DNA from: a virus
Direction: 5' to 3' (one strand)
Virus record (IMG/VR): IMGVR_UViG_3300003316_000274
Coordinates: 1 to 64,000 of that record
Length of the DNA stretch: 64,000 nucleotides
Position 1 is the first letter of the stretch. Every line of letters starts with the position of its first letter. Position numbers and translations under genes: made by a program. Below, piece after piece: positions 60,128 through 64,000 of the stretch. The notes beneath the pieces are model-generated. The model saw only the letters and a list, made by a program, of their open reading frames with translations, did not search any database and was not told where the DNA came from.

Positions 60128-61407
60128 CGGTCGTTCACGTCCTCGGTGGTGGGGGATCCCCAGCTCGCGGCCAAGCCGGCGCAGTGCTCGGCCGCCTCGC
60201 GTTTGCAGTCCTGGCACTCACCGTCGCCCGGTTCGGGCTCGCGGCGCTTGGGATTTCGACAGATCCGGCATTCCCACCAGGACCGCCCGGATCGCTGCGC
60301 GGGCACCGCCCCCTTCCCGGGCCGGTCCGCCTTGCGCTGCTCGCAGGCCCGGCAGTCCGCGCCAGTATCGATCAACTCGCCGTCCTCGCACCCCGCGTCC
60401 GGGCACTCACCGGCCCGCACGAGCGCCTGGAGGACCGCGTACGGATTCGCAATGCCCTTCCCGGCCAGGAGGTCGCCCTGGAAGCCGTAACGCACCCAGC
60501 GGCGAGCTACACGGTCCGCGAGCTGCTCCGGCGTCCGGTGCTCCATCTCCCGCAGCACGGCCATCCGGAACGTGTGCGGCACCGTCTTGCCCGCCAGCAG
60601 CTCCAGCAGTGACTCGGGCACTCCCCGCTCGACCACGGCGACGGCACGAGCCTCGTCCGGGGTGAGGTTGATCTGCCTCCTCGAGGACGCTGGCTTTTCC
60701 GGCGCGGCGGAGCCGCCACGCGCGGCGCGCGCCCTACTACCGGTAGAGGCCCTACGGGCGTCACCAGCGCTACGCGCCGAAGGCGCCAATTCCTCCGAAG
60801 GTGACTGAGAAGGTGACTCAGAAGGTTGTGGGACTTCTAGTCCCTGGGGTGGGGACTGACAGTCCCGGGGGTGGGGACTATCAGTCCCCAGGTCGGCGCC
60901 TTCCGGGTCGTTCCCGACCCAGGGACTATCAGTCCCTGGGTCTTCACCCGCCTGGCCGTCCTTCTTCTTGGGCCGCTTCGTGCCCTTGTCGGCCCGGGTC
61001 TTCTTCGGCGGGGCGTCGGCGAGCGCGGGCCGGTTCTCCCGGGTCAGCGGGTGCCGACCGAGCGATGCCCGCTGCTCGTTGATCTCGTCGAGCTGGACGG
61101 CGCTCCAGAAGTCGACCGGGATCATGACCTCCCAGACGACCGGGCGCTGCTTCTCCGGGATCGCGAGCCACGCCTGGGACCGGTACTGCTCCTGTCGGCG
61201 CAGGATGCCGCGCTGCTCCATCTCGCGGCACCGGCGACCGGCCGTCTTCGTGTCGACCCGGGCGACCTTGGCGAGCGTGCCGTACGAGCGGAAGCAGTTG
61301 CAGCCGTCGAAGTCACCCTTCATCACCAGGGCGATGAGGATGGCCCGTTCTTCGGCATCGCGCACCGGGGCGTGCTCCGCAGCCCAGATGATCGGATACA
61401 GACTCAC
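60124..61407 (-). CDS. replication-initiator-like protein: N-terminal winged-HTH, low-complexity linker, C-terminal Cys-rich (zinc-ribbon-like) region
   Basis: ORF 60124..61407. Contains MSLYPIIWAAEH...GTLAKVARVDTKTAGRRCREMEQRGILRR. The linker DNA carries the palindrome array at 60830-60936. Confidence 0.7.
   Translation of the reverse strand: MSLYPIIWAAEHAPVRDAEERAILIALVMKGDFDGCNCFRSYGTLAKVARVDTKTAGRRCREMEQRGILRRQEQYRSQAWLAIPEKQRPVVWEVMIPVDFWSAVQLDEINEQRASLGRHPLTRENRPALADAPPKKTRADKGTKRPKKKDGQAGEDPGTDSPWVGNDPEGADLGTDSPHPRDCQSPPQGLEVPQPSESPSQSPSEELAPSARSAGDARRASTGSRARAARGGSAAPEKPASSRRQINLTPDEARAVAVVERGVPESLLELLAGKTVPHTFRMAVLREMEHRTPEQLADRVARRWVRYGFQGDLLAGKGIANPYAVLQALVRAGECPDAGCEDGELIDTGADCRACEQRKADRPGKGAVPAQRSGRSWWECRICRNPKRREPEPGDGECQDCKREAAEHCAGLAASWGSPTTEDVNDR
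60797..60936. repeat. origin-like array: a 12-bp tandem repeat plus four GGGACT-N3-AGTCCC palindromes
   Basis: GAAGGTGACTSA x2.4 at 60797-60826. Palindromes at 60830-60844, 60852-60866, 60874-60888 and 60922-60936, spaced 22, 22 and 48 bp apart. Confidence 0.7.
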
Positions 61408-61458
61408 TCAGCCCTCCTGGCAGCAGAGGCTTCCTTGATCCTCAATGTGTACACTACC

Positions 61459-61472
61459 GTACCGCACGGTAC
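61459..61472. promoter_or_regulatory. 14-bp palindromic operator candidate upstream of the Phd-like gene
   Basis: GTACCGCACGGTAC, 19 bp upstream of the ATG at 61491, in the divergent gap 61408-61490. Confidence 0.55.
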
Positions 61473-61490
61473 TTCAGATACTCTTGCGGC

Positions 61491-61700
61491 ATGCCAGAGC
61501 ACACGAGCGTCAAAGAGATCGGGCTGCGGGAACTGCGCGCGGACCTCGGGGCCGTCGTCCTGGAGGTCGGCGTCCGACGGGAGATCACCTACGTGATGAA
61601 CCGAGGCCGGCGAATCGCGGCGATCGTGCCGCTGGACGTCGCGGAGAAGGCCGAAGCGCTGATGGCCAACGAGTCGGGGAGCGACGCCTCCTCGACCTGA
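61491..61700 (+). CDS. Phd/YefM-family antitoxin-like protein
   Basis: ORF 61491..61700. Contains KEIGLRELRADLGAVVLEV...VMNRGRRIAAIVPLD. Confidence 0.7.
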   Translation: MPEHTSVKEIGLRELRADLGAVVLEVGVRREITYVMNRGRRIAAIVPLDVAEKAEALMANESGSDASST

Positions 61701-61715
61701 TCGAGGAGACAGCCG

Positions 61716-62165
61716 ATGCGGCTCGACGACCAACCGACCGCCCTGTACCGCTTCTACGACTCCAGCGGAACCCTGCTGTACGTCGGCATCACCAACGACC
61801 CCGAGGCGCGATGGCGCTACCACGCCCTCACCAAGGCGTGGTGGCCGACCGTCGTGCGGAAGTCCGTGGACTGGCGCCCCAACCGTCCTGACGCTGAACG
61901 CGCCGAGGCGGCAGCGATCTTCACGGAGCGCCCGCGTCACAACTGCATCCACTCGTTCACCGAGCCCGAGGACATGCCTCTCGGGGACGCGCGGCGCCGC
62001 TTCACGCACGTGGTCGACCACGTCCGGGCAACCGGAGAGCCGCGCTGGATCACCCGCCACGGGCACCGGTCTGCCGTGCTCGTGTCCCCCGAGTTCTACG
62101 AGCGCGCCCTGGCGGCCCTCGGCGACGACGTGCCGACGCAGGAGTCCGTGGCTGCGGGCTCCTGA
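61716..62165 (+). CDS. GIY-YIG nuclease domain fused to a C-terminal Phd/YefM-like domain
   Basis: ORF 61716..62165. N-terminal ALYRFYDSSGTLLYVGITNDPEARWRYH...E...N. C-terminal PLGDARRRFTHVVDHVRATGEPRWITRHGHRSAVLVSPEFYE. Confidence 0.75.
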   Translation: MRLDDQPTALYRFYDSSGTLLYVGITNDPEARWRYHALTKAWWPTVVRKSVDWRPNRPDAERAEAAAIFTERPRHNCIHSFTEPEDMPLGDARRRFTHVVDHVRATGEPRWITRHGHRSAVLVSPEFYERALAALGDDVPTQESVAAGS

Positions 62166-62182
62166 CGCCAGGGCGCGCCCGT

Positions 62183-62647
62183 TCATCCCTGCGCCCGCAC
62201 GTGCTTGATGGCCGCCGAGCACAGGCCTGCGACGTCGGCGAAAAGCTGGCTGACGCACCGGGTGAAGTGCTCGCCGCCCTTCTTCCACACCACCGCGTAC
62301 AGGGCCCGCTCGTTGTCGGCGTCGCCGTTGCAGTAGGCGACGAGGAACTGGACGGCGAACTCCTGCGCGTGGATGTCGCCGTCCGGCTTCCGCATGCGGT
62401 GCAGGAGGGGCCGCAGGTTGATGACGGCCCAGTAGTCGCCTCGGGACAGGTCGGGCGCCTTGTCGCCGAACAGCTTCTCCAGGGCCTGTTTCCCAGGGGC
62501 GGCGATCGCGCAGCACACGCCGTACATACGGGCCCCGTCGCTGTCGGCGCCGAGGCGGGCGATGTTGTGGGCGGCGGTGTCCGTGTCGCCGTTCACGGCC
62601 GCTTCGATCGCCTCGAAGACGAGGCGGGCGGCGTCTTCCGAGGGCAT
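62183..62647 (-). CDS. hypothetical protein, paralogue of the upstream gene
   Basis: The ATG at 62647 shares 1 nt with the upstream stop, within ORF 62183..63364. Sequence begins MPSEDAARLVFEAIEAAVNGD. Confidence 0.6.
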   Translation of the reverse strand: MPSEDAARLVFEAIEAAVNGDTDTAAHNIARLGADSDGARMYGVCCAIAAPGKQALEKLFGDKAPDLSRGDYWAVINLRPLLHRMRKPDGDIHAQEFAVQFLVAYCNGDADNERALYAVVWKKGGEHFTRCVSQLFADVAGLCSAAIKHVRAQG

Positions 62648-63099
62648 CACATCCATCTCCCGGTGATCTGGCAGTGGAGTGCGTTGCCGGTGGCGTACGC
62701 GACGTCGGAGATGAGCTGGGTCAGGCAGCGCACCACGTGTTCCCGTCCGTCCTGGAGGGCGGCGTGGATGAGGCGGCGGACGGTGGCGTGGTCCCGGGCG
62801 CAGTACGCGGTCAGGAAGGCGTCCGCGAAGACGTGCTCGGGGGTGTCGAGGTGGTGGTGGGGCCGGATGCGGTCGATGCTCCATGTGTGGCCGGCCGGGG
62901 GGCGGCACTTCTCGGCGCGCTCCAGCGCCTCGACCGCCTCCCGTGCATGGTGCGCGGCCCCAAGGAACAGGGCGTCCAGATTGTCGTCCTCGCGGTCCTC
63001 GACGAGCTGGGCGATGAGGTGAGCGGCGCGCTCGAAGGCTCCGGCACCGGCCGCGTAGATCGTGTCCTGGAGGACCTTGGCGGTCTCCTGCGGTGTCAT
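62647..63099 (-). CDS. hypothetical protein, paralogue of the downstream gene
   Basis: The ATG at 63099 shares 1 nt with the upstream stop, within ORF 62647..63591. Sequence begins MTPQETAKVLQDTIYAAGAG. Confidence 0.6.
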   Translation of the reverse strand: MTPQETAKVLQDTIYAAGAGAFERAAHLIAQLVEDREDDNLDALFLGAAHHAREAVEALERAEKCRPPAGHTWSIDRIRPHHHLDTPEHVFADAFLTAYCARDHATVRRLIHAALQDGREHVVRCLTQLISDVAYATGNALHCQITGRWM

Positions 63100-63800
63100 C
63101 ACCGTCGGCCTCCCGCGAAGTTCCCCGGCAGGTAGTTCGTGGCCGTCCAGTACTGCTCTTCCAGAGCCGCGATGGCCTGCCGTGGATGGTCGTCCTGGGC
63201 CGCTTCTTTCTCCAGGACTTCGTGGCCGGACACGAGTGCGTCGAGGGCCTCGCTGTACGTCGCCAGCCGTCCCTCGCGCCACCAGTCGACGGACGTCGGC
63301 TCGCCGAGGTCGAACAGCAGCATCTCCGGCCTTTTCGACCAGGAGCGGACCGTCCAGGTCGCACACACGCCGGGGTTGCGGGGGTCCATCTTTCCGTCGG
63401 GGGCCACGGTGCCCTCGGGCAGGTCGGGGCGGCGCCGCATGGCCGGGTGGGTGAGGAACGGGCAGACCTTCACCGTGTACTCGGCGCAGTCCTTGTGTGC
63501 CGGCGGCTCGGCGCTGATGCGGTTGATGGTGCACATCACGCCGATCACGAACGTCTGGTAGGCGCCGAGGGTGTCGCCGCACAGGAAGCACGCGTTGAAG
63601 CGGACCGCGTCCCGCAGGCGGTCCTGGTCGGCGATGCGGTGGTCGGGTCGGCCGTCGACGTACGCAACGAAGTAGGGCACAAGTCTCTGATGGCGGTCAC
63701 GGGGGCGCCCCGCGAGGCGCGCGGGGACCGGCACGGTGGCCGGGGTGGGCTGGGTGGTGCTCACGGAGTGCTCCAGAGGTACGGGGTGGGCCGGGTGCAT
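63099..63800 (-). CDS. Cys-containing conserved hypothetical protein
   Basis: ORF 63099..63800. Contains VPYFVAYVDGRPDHR...CFLCG...EPPAHKDCAEYTVKVCPFL. Confidence 0.65.
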   Translation of the reverse strand: MHPAHPVPLEHSVSTTQPTPATVPVPARLAGRPRDRHQRLVPYFVAYVDGRPDHRIADQDRLRDAVRFNACFLCGDTLGAYQTFVIGVMCTINRISAEPPAHKDCAEYTVKVCPFLTHPAMRRRPDLPEGTVAPDGKMDPRNPGVCATWTVRSWSKRPEMLLFDLGEPTSVDWWREGRLATYSEALDALVSGHEVLEKEAAQDDHPRQAIAALEEQYWTATNYLPGNFAGGRR

Positions 63801-64000
63801 CAGCAGCCGCCTAGGTCGAGGTCGAGGTCGACCTCGGGGTGCGGGCCGTGACGGTAAGGGGACGGAGACGGGGGCCTCGGTGCGGCGGGGCGCGGCGTCT
63901 TGGAGACCGGAGCCGGGACGCGGGTGTGCGTGGGCTGCGACGGTTCCTTGCGGAAGCTGGGACGGCCGGTGTTGGCCGGGACCGTATACGCGGTGCCACA
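63800..64000 (-). CDS. 3' end of a gene that continues beyond the window (Pro-rich C-terminus)
   Basis: The frame is open from the window edge and ends ...HGPHPEVDLDLDLGGC. Its TGA overlaps the next ATG (TGATG). It is not in the ORF track because there is no start in the window. Confidence 0.45.
   Translation of the reverse strand, partial: CGTAYTVPANTGRPSFRKEPSQPTHTRVPAPVSKTPRPAAPRPPSPSPYRHGPHPEVDLDLDLGGC

Overview
High-GC, strongly GC3-biased actinobacterial (Streptomyces-like) DNA. From about 3.6 kb to the right edge it is one long-tailed temperate-phage or prophage genome, transcribed almost entirely on the minus strand. Many adjacent genes overlap by 1 or 4 nt (TGATG, ATGA, GTGA). Layout, left to right in + coordinates: (1) 1-3.6 kb is a host-like or other-element flank. 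It holds a tRNA 3'-end-like fragment at the window edge, a DUF6415-like gene, a hypothetical gene, an XRE/TPR-type regulator and a small ORF, and it ends at a strong convergent terminator hairpin at 3519-3545. (2) 3.6-5.2 kb is the lysis cassette (membrane protein plus amidase endolysin). (3) 5.3-21.2 kb is the tail tip and fibre module, including a 1661-aa repeat-rich protein. (4) 21.3-30.4 kb is the head-tail joining and head module: gp10-like protein, adaptor, putative tube protein, major capsid, and a roughly 1290-aa MuF/2H-phosphoesterase/prohead-protease polyprotein. (5) 30.4-32.1 kb is the portal. (6) 32.1-37.2 kb holds the tape measure and frameshifted tail-assembly chaperones, unusually placed upstream of the portal. 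(7) 37.4-41.2 kb holds TerS and a TerL split by a LAGLIDADG intein in the P-loop. (8) 41.3-64 kb is the early and accessory region. It contains a PP2C phosphatase, three divergent switch-like intergenic regions with palindromic operators, terminator-insulated mini-genes, a membrane-protein/NERD cassette, many small Cys-rich ORFs, an HTH replication-initiator-like gene with an internal origin-like palindrome array, and a plus-strand Phd plus GIY-YIG-Phd module. The most unusual non-coding signal is a dispersed set of helically phased arrays of the palindrome GTCCGGAC (extended form CGTCCGGAC on the coding strand). These arrays lie in front of the lysis, capsid, PP2C/terminase and two early gene blocks. 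No integrase, rRNA, intact tRNA or CRISPR array was seen. All functional calls come from motif recognition by eye. No searches were run.
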